Assembly (NCBI GenBank): GCA_965223505.1
Contig: CBDCWP010000010.1
Span: forward strand, 142,971 to 206,970
Direction of reading: 5' to 3'
From: Planctomycetota bacterium
GTDB lineage: Bacteria; Planctomycetota; PLA2; JAEUHO01
DNA length: 64,000 bases
A program made the position numbers and the translations under genes. Below the pieces are notes generated by a model, which had not been told where the DNA came from, did no database searches, and saw only the letters and a program-made list of their open reading frames with translations. The first letter of the stretch is position 1. Every line of letters begins with the position of its first letter. This document shows, one piece after another, positions 49,835 through 58,380 of the stretch.

Positions 49835-50407
49835 CTAGGCCCCCGCGAAGAGCTTCTGCTCGGACTCGACCTTCTGGATCCACTGTTGGATCAACACGTC
49901 TCCGTCGGGGTAGACGCAGTCCGCGCCGCATGCCCCGCACTTGACGCGGGCGCCGTCCTCGCTCTTCCACGTGTCCTGCGCGTTGCAGGCGGTGCACGCC
50001 TGTGGCAGGTGGTCCAGGATGTTCGCTACGCCGTCCGCGACGATCTTCGGTGTGACGAGCGCGGGGATCTCGTCGGCGTACAAGCCGGCTTCGAGCGCGT
50101 CGAGATCGCCCATGTACATGCGCAGCAGCTTCGCCGCCGGCTCCGTGATCTTGTTGTCCCTGTCGATGGCGACGCCGTCGCCCAGCTGCTCCTCGACGTG
50201 GTCCAGGATCAGCTGCGAGGCGAGCTGGATGCCGAACGCGTTCTCGAGCCGGAAGTTCACGTCGAGGAAGTCGATGGACGTGGCCTGGAGCGACTTGACG
50301 ACCGAGGCGTCCATCGCGATGTCGTCCTCGTTCAGGCGGAGGGTCGCGGCCAGGGCGCTGCGGACTTCGGCCTCGATGCGTTCGCGACTGACGAGCGGGT
50401 TCGACAT
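49835..50407 (-). CDS. Acyl carrier protein fused to a C-terminal Cys-rich (CxxC-x17-CxxCxxxC) zinc-ribbon-like domain
   Basis: ACP signature ATSIDFLDVNFRLENAFGI (phosphopantetheine Ser), then about 110 extra residues ending ...CTACNAQDTWKSEDGARVKCGACGADC.... Confidence 0.75.
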   Translation of the reverse strand: MSNPLVSRERIEAEVRSALAATLRLNEDDIAMDASVVKSLQATSIDFLDVNFRLENAFGIQLASQLILDHVEEQLGDGVAIDRDNKITEPAAKLLRMYMGDLDALEAGLYADEIPALVTPKIVADGVANILDHLPQACTACNAQDTWKSEDGARVKCGACGADCVYPDGDVLIQQWIQKVESEQKLFAGA

Positions 50408-50475
50408 CGATCGGGGTCTCCGGGGCGGCGGGTCGGTGTACCCGGCACTCGGGGCGTTTGCAAGGCGTGCGAAGG

Positions 50476-51234
50476 TCAGTCGGCGCTCCCGCGAAACAGC
50501 CGATTGGAGAGGCCCCGATCTACCACGAGCGTTTGTCCCACCACGCCCGCCGACCCGGCGCCGCACAGGAAACGGACCGCGGCGGCCACCTCCGCTTCGG
50601 GCACGAAGAACCGCTCGGGCAGCGACTCGAGCTCCGGCCAGACCCGCCGCAGCGTCTTGTAGGCGTCCGTCTTGACCAGGCCCGCGCAGACGGCGTTCGC
50701 GCGAATGCCCCGCGGACCCAGCTCTTCGGCCCACTGTCGCGTCATCGACTCCATGGCGGCCTTGATCGGTCCGAGGGGGTACTGGCGGTTCATGAATCGC
50801 GAGCCCAGACTCGAGATGAACACGATCGATCCCCCCTGGCGCTCCAGCAGGGGCAGCGCCTTCTGAACGCAATAGACGTTGCCCAGCAGATTCGTGTCGA
50901 CCAGCTGCCGCAGGTCACGCTCCAGCAACCGCGCCGTGTCCTTGAACGGTGCGCGCGCCGCGTTGAGCACGAGGATGTCGAGGCGGCCGAACGCCTCCTG
51001 CACGCCGGACAGGAGCGCGTCGACCTGTTCTTTCGACGCGATGTCCGCACCGACGAAGGTCGCCCGACGCCCGAGCGCGGCCACGGCCTCCACGGTCTCG
51101 TCGGCGGCGCGTCCGGGCGCGCGTCCATGGACCACGACGTCGGCGCCGTCCCCGGCGAGCCGTAACGCGATCGCGCGGCCGATGCCGCGGCTGCTGCCGG
51201 TGACCAGTGCGACCTGTCCGTCGAGGGTTCCCAT
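50476..51234 (-). CDS. SDR family oxidoreductase (second ketoreductase-like enzyme of the operon)
   Basis: VTGSSRGIGRAIA, NAA, and catalytic S...Y...K. Confidence 0.85.
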   Translation of the reverse strand: MGTLDGQVALVTGSSRGIGRAIALRLAGDGADVVVHGRAPGRAADETVEAVAALGRRATFVGADIASKEQVDALLSGVQEAFGRLDILVLNAARAPFKDTARLLERDLRQLVDTNLLGNVYCVQKALPLLERQGGSIVFISSLGSRFMNRQYPLGPIKAAMESMTRQWAEELGPRGIRANAVCAGLVKTDAYKTLRRVWPELESLPERFFVPEAEVAAAVRFLCGAGSAGVVGQTLVVDRGLSNRLFRGSAD

Positions 51235-51341
51235 TGCGGCGAATCGTACCGGCCCGGATCGTCCATGAACACGTGTTGCGTCGCGGGGGACCCGTACGAT
51301 CCAAAGTAGCGCCGGGGTTCCCGCTCCGTACCATCCTGCGC

Positions 51342-52523
51342 ATGACGATTGCGATCGAGGACCGCGTGGCAGTCAAAGAGACGACCAGAACCGTGCGCAA
51401 CTTCCAGGCGTTGAGCTCGCTCTTCGATGCGATCGAGTCCGGCGAGACGCCGAAGCCCCGATTGGATCGATCTCGCCGGCGACGCCCGGCTCACGTCGCT
51501 GGACGACGAGCAGCTGCGCGGCGTCCTCGCGCGGATTCACGCGTGCACGTTGCGGGGGGTTCAAGGCCAACAACGTGAAGAAGCGCGGGAAGCAGGAGTT
51601 CCTGCGCTACTGGCAGTCGATCACCCGGAGCGGGTTCCACGACTTCGCGGAAGACTGCTGGATGAAGTGCTACGACTCGCCGCACGTCGAGAACTACGAC
51701 TACGTACAGGCGTACCTGGACCGCGGGCTCGACGCGCTCGACCCCTACATGGTGTATTCGTCCGTTCTCGGCACGTGGGAGTACTCCGTCGAGGACTTCG
51801 TCAACACGGAGCTCTGCCGCGACGTGCAGACCGTCGTGGAGCCGCTGGCAGGCAGCGCCGAGTTCTGCCACACGGGGCACTTCCGGTATCCGGACATGAA
51901 GCTTTTTCATGTTCGACCTCGACGAAGAGGCCAAGAAGCACGTCGAGGAGAAGTTCTGGCACCCGCAGACGCGGCGCGAGTACCTGATCGGCGACGCGCT
52001 TGCGGAGGAGACCTGGAAGCAGGTCAAGGCCTTCTCGCACGGGAAGTCGCTCAGCTACATCGGCAAGCAGAGCCACAACTTCTTCGACACGAAGGAGCTC
52101 GTGCAGCTGCTCGACTGGGGTACGCGGTACACCGACTACTTCATGCTCGAGGTGAGTGAACCCTATCTCGTCGAAGACGAGCCCACGCGCGACGATCTCA
52201 CTCGGCGCGAGATGAAGGCCGCGGGATTCCGCGTGGCGCTCGACGACGTCGACGACCTCGTCCCGAACCCGTTGACGAACCGGCTCGACTTCAGCTTGAT
52301 CGCGTGGAACAAGGCGGGCGACAAGCGCACGCTGTTCGACTATCTCGGTTGGATCGGGTGGCAGGCGCCGACGCTGACCGCGCTCGGTCGTTTCCTCGGT
52401 CTGGAGTGCATGTACTTCCACTCGGAGGACACCGAGTTCCTGCCCGTCACCGAGGGCACGGAGACGTCCGACTGCCGCGAGAACAACACGTTCCTGCTGT
52501 TCCGACGGCCCGCCGACGCGTAG
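51342..52523 (+). pseudogene. Hypothetical ~390-aa protein whose reading frame is broken three times by single-base insertions in C4, G6 and T5 homopolymer runs
   Basis: Four consecutive ORF pieces in frames 0, 1, 2, 2 read continuously if one base is removed at 51456-51459 (CCCC), 51554-51559 (GGGGGG) and 51913-51917 (TTTTT). High GC3 throughout. Confidence 0.5.
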
Positions 52524-52526
52524 GCG

Positions 52527-52946
52527 CTAGATGTGGTTGCGGCGTTTCTTGTTCGCTGACGGGCCCTGTTTCATCACGAAGCGGTGATCTTCGACCAGAC
52601 GCAACAGGTCGAACGCGCTCAGAATCCCCACGACCCGCTGCTCGTGCGTGACCACGACATGGTGAATCCCGTGATTGCGCATCACCCGCGCCGCCACCGA
52701 CGGATCCGCGTACTGCGGCACCGTGAACACCTTGGTGCTCATGAGCAGGCTCGCCGGCGTCGAATCCGAGGGAACCTCGAGCACGTCCGACTTCGACACG
52801 ATGCCGGCGGCGCATCCCTCGTCGTCCACCACGGGGACGCAGCTGATCCCTGCTTCGTCCATGGCGATGCGGATCAAGTCCACCGTCGTGGACCGTGAGA
52901 TCGTCTTCACGTCTTTGACCATCAGATCGTCGACCGTCGTGTGCAT
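52527..52946 (-). CDS. CBS-domain pair protein
   Basis: GAGGAG Shine-Dalgarno 5 nt upstream. Two CBS motifs (DLMVKDVKTI...; HHVVVTHEQRVVGILSAFDLL). Confidence 0.8.
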   Translation of the reverse strand: MHTTVDDLMVKDVKTISRSTTVDLIRIAMDEAGISCVPVVDDEGCAAGIVSKSDVLEVPSDSTPASLLMSTKVFTVPQYADPSVAARVMRNHGIHHVVVTHEQRVVGILSAFDLLRLVEDHRFVMKQGPSANKKRRNHI

Positions 52947-53168
52947 CGAAGCTCCTCGTGCGAGATTTTCCTCACAGGCGTGGGGTCCCGTTCTCAGCTG
53001 CGCAGCGGGTGCTCTCGACACAACCTCCTCCCGTAGGCGAAGTTGGCCCGTTTTCGGCCCGGAACGGGTGCTGAGGACGCTCCGAATACGCAAGAGCGGG
53101 ACCGATTCGGCGTCCGGTGCCCGCGGCACGCCCTTCGCGCAGTGGCGCACACTCCCGGAGGGCTTGAC

Positions 53169-55301
53169 ATGGCTACCCGCAAGACCGTGTTCGTCGCGAT
53201 CGTCGTCGGCATCGCGTGTGTCGTGGCGGTTCAGGTGTCGGCGCAGGAGGGGCTGCCGGAGCGCAGTCCCGGCACCGTACGCCTCGAAGGAGACCCGGAC
53301 GGTCTGCCGGAGTACACGATCGTCAAAGCGTTCCCGAATCTGCGGTTCGAGCGGCCGACGTGCATTGCGAGCCCGCGCGACGGCTCGGACTCGCTGTTCG
53401 TCGCGGAGCAGGACGGCCGGATCAAGGGCTTCGAGAACGATCGCGACACCAAGAAGACCTGGGTGGCGCTCGACATCCGGAAGAAGGTCTCGCGTCAACA
53501 CAACGAGGAGGGCCTGCTGGGTCTCGCCTTCGATCCGGCGTTCAAGAAGAACCGCGCCGTCTTCGCGTACTACAGCACGTCGGAGCCGCGGCGGACGGTG
53601 CTGATGCGCTACAAGGCGACGTCGAACCGCCGGTACTTCGATCGACGCAGCGAGTCGTTGGTGCTGCGTCAGCGGCAACCAACCGGCAGCCACAACGGTG
53701 GCTGCATGGCCTTCGGTCCCGACGGCATGTTGTACCTGTCCATCGGTGACGGCGGCGAGGCCGGCGATCCGCACGGCCATGGCCAGAACCTGCAGGACTG
53801 GCTCGGCACGATCTTGCGCATCGACGTGAGCGGCGCACAGCGCTTCGCGGTGCCGCCCGACAATCCCTTTGCCAACACCCAGCACGTTCGGCCGGAGATC
53901 TGGGCGTACGGCTTCGCGAACGTCCGGGGCCTCGGATTCGACAGCGTCACCGGCGACCTGTGGGCCAGCGACGCGGGCGCCGGCAAGTTCGAGGAGATCA
54001 ACCACGTCCGGGCGGGTTCGAACTACGGCTGGCCGCTTCGCGAGGGCGCGGACGTTCACAGCAAGGGGAACGCGTTGACGCCCCTGCGGGGGCCCGTTGC
54101 GGTGTTCCCGCGCGGCACCGCGCGGCGACTGGTGGGCGGCATCGTCTATCGCGGCCGGCGTCTGCCGCAGCTCGTCGGCGCGTATCTCTGCGCCGACTAC
54201 GAGACCGGCACGATGTGGGCGCTGCGCTTCGACGGGACGCGCGTCAAGGAACGACGTCGGCTGGGCCGCGCGCCCGGCATCACGCACTTCGGAACGGACG
54301 CAGCGGGGGAGGTGCTCTGCACGGCCGCTGACGGCTACGTCTACACGCTCGCGCCGTGGAGCGGGGACAAGTCCAAGGCCGTCTTCCCGCAACGTCTGTC
54401 CGAGACGGGTCTCTTCAGCGACATCGCGTCGGTGACGCCGATCCCGGCGTTGATCCCGTACGACGTGAGCACGCCGCTCTGGTCGGACGGCGCCGGCAAG
54501 TCGCGGTTCGTCATGCTGCCCGATCTCGAGAAAGTCAAGATCGCCAAGGACGGCACGTACGACTTCCCGGTGGGCACGATCTTCGTCAAGCACTTCTTCC
54601 AGGGTGCGACGATCGAATCGGCGTTTCGCCGCCTGGAGACGCGGCTGTACACGCGCGGCGCGGAGGGATGGGCCGGCTACACGTACGTGTGGTCGGACGA
54701 CCGGTCGGACGCGTTCCTCATCGACGGTCGTGTGGAGAAGACGTTTCAAAGCGACGGAAAGGTGTCGAAGTGGACGTTCCCGAGTCGCGGCGACTGCTCC
54801 AGCTGCCACACTGCCGTCGCCAACGAGATCCTCGGCTTCCGGCGCGAGCAGCTCGACATCTCGATGAAGTACGGCGACCTGGAGATGAACCAGCTCGACG
54901 CGCTGGAGGCGATGGGAGTGTTCGAGGGCAAGAACAAGCGCAAGCACACCTGGCCGGCGTGGCCGGCGGAGGGCGAGGACCTCGACAGGCAGGTGCGGGC
55001 CTACCTCGACGCCAATTGCGCGATGTGCCACCAGCCGGACGGCCCGGGGAACGCCAACATCGACCTGCGCTACGACACGCCGTTGAAGAAGACGAACGTG
55101 CTTGATCGCAAGCCGGGCATGTGGAACCTCGGGGTCTTCGACGCGCGGCTCATCGCGCCGGGCGATCCGGAGCGGTCGATCCTGTACCTACGCATGAAGC
55201 GCACCGACCTGAAGGGCATGCCGACGATCGCGCACAACATCCCGGACGAGAACGCGCTCGCGCGCATCGAGAAGTGGATCCGGGCGATGCCGAAGAAGTA
55301 G
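53169..55301 (+). CDS. Paralogue of the PQQ-dependent sugar dehydrogenase / dihaem cytochrome c fusion protein
   Basis: Signal peptide (MATRKTVFVAIVVGIACVVAVQVSA). Same architecture and collinear similarity to 40032-42191, including CSSCH and CAMCH. Confidence 0.9.
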   Translation: MATRKTVFVAIVVGIACVVAVQVSAQEGLPERSPGTVRLEGDPDGLPEYTIVKAFPNLRFERPTCIASPRDGSDSLFVAEQDGRIKGFENDRDTKKTWVALDIRKKVSRQHNEEGLLGLAFDPAFKKNRAVFAYYSTSEPRRTVLMRYKATSNRRYFDRRSESLVLRQRQPTGSHNGGCMAFGPDGMLYLSIGDGGEAGDPHGHGQNLQDWLGTILRIDVSGAQRFAVPPDNPFANTQHVRPEIWAYGFANVRGLGFDSVTGDLWASDAGAGKFEEINHVRAGSNYGWPLREGADVHSKGNALTPLRGPVAVFPRGTARRLVGGIVYRGRRLPQLVGAYLCADYETGTMWALRFDGTRVKERRRLGRAPGITHFGTDAAGEVLCTAADGYVYTLAPWSGDKSKAVFPQRLSETGLFSDIASVTPIPALIPYDVSTPLWSDGAGKSRFVMLPDLEKVKIAKDGTYDFPVGTIFVKHFFQGATIESAFRRLETRLYTRGAEGWAGYTYVWSDDRSDAFLIDGRVEKTFQSDGKVSKWTFPSRGDCSSCHTAVANEILGFRREQLDISMKYGDLEMNQLDALEAMGVFEGKNKRKHTWPAWPAEGEDLDRQVRAYLDANCAMCHQPDGPGNANIDLRYDTPLKKTNVLDRKPGMWNLGVFDARLIAPGDPERSILYLRMKRTDLKGMPTIAHNIPDENALARIEKWIRAMPKK

Positions 55302-55308
55302 CCGCCGG

Positions 55309-56178
55309 CTATTTCTTCTTCGCGGCCTTCTTCTTGGCGGCCTTCTTGGCCGCCTTCTTCTTCGCAGCCTTCTTCTTCACAGCCTTCTTGGCCGCTTTCT
55401 TCTTGGCCGCCTTCTTCTTCGAAGCCTTCTTCTTCGCTGCCTTCTTCTTCGAAGCCTTCTTCTTGGCGGCCTTTTTCTTCGCGGCCTTCGGCGCCTTCTT
55501 GGCCGCCTTCTTCTTCTTGGCCTTCGCCCGCAGCTGGCGTCGTAGCTCCAACGCGCGCTTGCGGGTCTTCTCCTTCAGCGCCGCACGGTTGGCCTCGGCT
55601 TCGGCGAGCGCCTCCGCGGACGGCGCGGACTGCATGTCCTCGGGCATGCTGACGTCCGGTCCGTGGTCGAGCGCCTCGCGCGCGCCGCTGAGGCGACGAT
55701 CCCACACCTCGATCTCCTCGGGCCGGATGTGAGGCCAGATCTTGGACCGCATCTGGAGCGACAGAATGCCGATCACGGTCAGCTGGTGCCGGAGGGTCAT
55801 TCCGGGAATTCCGGCCGCCGGCACGTCGGGCCAGATGCCGGGGTTCTTCGCCGGGGGCACGTCGGGCGGGTAGGGATCCCCGAACCCGGGCAGCATGGGC
55901 AGGAACATGGAGGAGTACGCACGCTGGACCCGCCGGCCCCATTCTTCACGCTCCGGACCGGCGTGATACCCCAGCTGCCGCATCTCCCGGCAGATCCAGA
56001 TGAGGTAGTCGAGGATCGACCGGAGGGTCTCGCCGGGCCGCACCTGCGACTCGATTTCCGGCCATGCGGTGTTCAACACGTCCTCCCTGTCCCGTTGGCG
56101 AGGCAGGATCCAGGGCCAGGGTGAGAATTGCAAGCATCCTGCCACCAGGCCGTTTCGGTCGCACGAACCAAAGTCCAT
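55309..56178 (-). CDS. Hypothetical protein with ~90-aa C-terminal Lys/Ala-rich (AKKA-repeat, histone H1-like) tail
   Basis: Globular N-terminal ~200 aa, then KAKKKKAAKKAPKAAKKKAAKKKASKKK.... Start placed at the internal ATG 56178; weak Shine-Dalgarno, so uncertain. Confidence 0.55.
   Translation of the reverse strand: MDFGSCDRNGLVAGCLQFSPWPWILPRQRDREDVLNTAWPEIESQVRPGETLRSILDYLIWICREMRQLGYHAGPEREEWGRRVQRAYSSMFLPMLPGFGDPYPPDVPPAKNPGIWPDVPAAGIPGMTLRHQLTVIGILSLQMRSKIWPHIRPEEIEVWDRRLSGAREALDHGPDVSMPEDMQSAPSAEALAEAEANRAALKEKTRKRALELRRQLRAKAKKKKAAKKAPKAAKKKAAKKKASKKKAAKKKASKKKAAKKKAAKKAVKKKAAKKKAAKKAAKKKAAKKK
55312..55535. repeat. Imperfect tandem 9/15-nt repeats (GCCTTCTTCTTGGCGGCC-like) encoding the Lys/Ala tail
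   Basis: Seen in sequence. This is coding low complexity, not a CRISPR array (no spacers). Confidence 0.6.
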
Positions 56179-56343
56179 GAAACGAAAGGACTTGTGGAGA
56201 TCCGCATTTCTCCTGCCGCGGCTCGCCCCCTGGTCGCGAGGAAGGCGAAGGAGTAAGGTGGCCGTCGAGACGCGGGAACGGGCCTTCCCTGTTGCCGGGG
56301 CGCCCCTCTTGCGACGTTCGCCGAGTCCCCCGGCGTTCCCGCC

Positions 56344-56895
56344 GTGCTCATCCGCATGGAGCCCTTCCACATGTCGCGGGTACGCGTCCGCCTACGCATG
56401 GACGAGCTGCGCCTCGAATTCGAGGGCGAGCAACGCTTCTTCGACCGTTGGGTCGCTCCGCTGATGGAGATCGCCTACGAGCGGCGCGACGTCGCGGTGT
56501 CCGCCAACGCGGGCGACGGCGCGAGCGTGCCGAGAACGGGATCGGCACCGCCCGAGCCGTCCCACAAGACCGGCGAGCCCGAGGGCTACCTGCCGCAGTC
56601 CGTGCACTTCGCCAAGTTCCTGCGCCAGGTGGGGGACCGGGCGCCCCAGCCGGACCAGCAGGTCATGGCGTTCGCGTTCTTCCTGTGGAACTACGAGCAG
56701 ATCGAGATCTGGGGCCTCGAGGAGATCCGCGGATGCTTCGGGGCCGTCGGGCTGCCGGTGCCCGACGACATCGGTGCGATGCTCGACGATCTCGCACGGC
56801 GGCGACGCTTCCTCGAGTCCGCCGGAGACGGTGCCTGGCGGTCGACCCGCAAAGGCGTCAACTACGTCAAGAACCGGCTGCTGGCGCCGCCGTAG
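56344..56895 (+). CDS. Hypothetical protein (divergent from the Lys/Ala-tailed protein gene)
   Basis: Very high GC3 and a coherent sequence (FLWNYEQIEIWGLEEIRGCFGAVGLPVPDDIGAMLDDL). Start uncertain. Confidence 0.5.
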   Translation: MLIRMEPFHMSRVRVRLRMDELRLEFEGEQRFFDRWVAPLMEIAYERRDVAVSANAGDGASVPRTGSAPPEPSHKTGEPEGYLPQSVHFAKFLRQVGDRAPQPDQQVMAFAFFLWNYEQIEIWGLEEIRGCFGAVGLPVPDDIGAMLDDLARRRRFLESAGDGAWRSTRKGVNYVKNRLLAPP

Positions 56896-56938
56896 GGGAG
56901 GCGGTCGAGCCCGCCGCGTGCGGATGCCGCGCCGCGTC

Positions 56939-57592
56939 CTACTTCTTCTTGGCCGCCCGGATCGCGACGAGGCCGCCGTTCGGGCCCGGAACGCCGCCCT
57001 TCACGTACAGCAGGTTCTTCTCGGCGTCGACACGCAACACCTCGACGTTCTGCACCGTGATGCGCGTGTTCCCGTACTGACCCGACATCCGCGTCCCACG
57101 CAACGTGTGCTGCGGCTTGCGGCTTCCGATCGAGCCCGCGTGACGGACGAAGAAGTGCGAGCCGTGCGACTCCTTCAACGTGGCGAAGTTGTGGCGCTTC
57201 ACCACACCCGCGTAGCCGCGGCCCTTCATCGTTCCGATCAGGTCCACGTAGTCGCCTTCGTCGAACACGTCGCACGTGATCGACTCGCCTACCGCCGGCG
57301 CGTTCTCGACGGCGTCGTCACCCGTCAGGCGCACCTCACGCAGGAAACGGACACTGTCGATGCCCGCCTTCTTGAAGTGCCCCTTCATCGGCTTCGTCGT
57401 GCGCTTGTCGCGCTTGGCCGTGAAGCCGATCTGGATCGCGTCGTACCCGTCGGTCGCGGCGGTCTTGCGCTGGACCACGGGACACGGTCCCGCCTCGATG
57501 AGGGTGCAGGCGATCGCCTCGCCGTCTTCGCGGAAGACCCGGGTCATGCCGATCTTCTTGCCCAAGATGCCCTTGTTGATCATGGTCGCCAT
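56939..57592 (-). CDS. rplC: 50S ribosomal protein L3
   Basis: GGAGAGG Shine-Dalgarno. Motifs GILGKKIGMTRVF...KGRGYAGVVKRHNF...VLRVDAEKNLLYVKGGVPG. Not flanked by other ribosomal genes. Confidence 0.9.
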   Translation of the reverse strand: MATMINKGILGKKIGMTRVFREDGEAIACTLIEAGPCPVVQRKTAATDGYDAIQIGFTAKRDKRTTKPMKGHFKKAGIDSVRFLREVRLTGDDAVENAPAVGESITCDVFDEGDYVDLIGTMKGRGYAGVVKRHNFATLKESHGSHFFVRHAGSIGSRKPQHTLRGTRMSGQYGNTRITVQNVEVLRVDAEKNLLYVKGGVPGPNGGLVAIRAAKKK

Positions 57593-57696
57593 GGTGCGTA
57601 CCTCTCCTGTGGTGGGTCCTCCAGGGGCGGATCGCCTCGACGTACGGCAGCGGGCGAGCCGCCGCATTGGTCGATTCCCGGAAGACGGGCCGCGCG

Positions 57697-57724
57697 GAGA
57701 CTAGGCGCGGGTAGACGGCCGTCA
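57697..57724 (-). promoter_or_regulatory. Candidate sigma70-like promoter (TTGACG-N16-TAGTCT) about 110 nt upstream of rplC, embedded in palindromic ACGGCCGT repeats
   Basis: Pattern match only. Confidence 0.25.
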
Positions 57725-57851
57725 AGAAACGGCCGTTTGGGGCCGGAGCCAGGACCATCGTTGCCGGTGGCGGAAGCTGGGATTCGCCGTCCGGGCGGGG
57801 GAACATGGGCCCCTCCACAGGCGTCTTTCGGGGGACCGGAATCACACCCGT

Positions 57852-58259
57852 ATGAACGATCTCAACGACCAAGCCCGACGCCCCACGGACCTCGAGACCG
57901 AGGAAATGGCCGTGGCGGGATGGATGGCTCACTTGCGCCGCGTCGACGCCCCCGCTCACCTGCGGGCGGCCGTCGAGGTGGCGATCCTGCCCCGAGCAGG
58001 CACACGCTGGGGTACGGGACGTTGGTCCGTAGCCGTGGCGGCCATGCTTCTCATGGGGCTGGGCGTGGCGGCGCTGGGCTCGACGGCCGGCGACGTCGGC
58101 GAGACGTCGGCGCCGGCGCCGGTGGCGGTGCACCAGGTCCACGGCGGGCCCGCGGGCAACGTGGTGGTCGTGGACGACCCGAACATGGTCCTGTTCCACG
58201 GCGTCGAGACCTTCGACAGCCTGGGCAGCGGCGGCCCCGGGATGCTCGCGGATCGGTAG
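57852..58259 (+). CDS. Hypothetical single-TM protein (anti-sigma-factor-like topology)
   Basis: High GC3. Central TM (WSVAVAAMLLMGLGVAALG). No clear Shine-Dalgarno. Confidence 0.4.
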   Translation: MNDLNDQARRPTDLETEEMAVAGWMAHLRRVDAPAHLRAAVEVAILPRAGTRWGTGRWSVAVAAMLLMGLGVAALGSTAGDVGETSAPAPVAVHQVHGGPAGNVVVVDDPNMVLFHGVETFDSLGSGGPGMLADR

Positions 58260-58380
58260 CAGTGTTCCGAGCAACGGCTTGGTCCATGCGCGGATACGAT
58301 CGGTTTCCGGAAACCGTGGCTGGTTGGCGGTCGGATCGGCCCATGGGGTCGCGCGGACCGGTGGCGCTAGGAACTGAGGC

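Noticed and set aside
55312-55535. Tandem repeats as a CRISPR array or minisatellite
   Set aside because: Repeats are 9-15 nt, contiguous with no spacers, and lie in frame within a Lys/Ala-rich coding tail.
55121-55732. ORF encoding AAFFLAAFL... poly-Ala/Phe repeats
   Set aside because: It is the reverse complement of the Lys/Ala-tail coding repeat, an antisense artefact.
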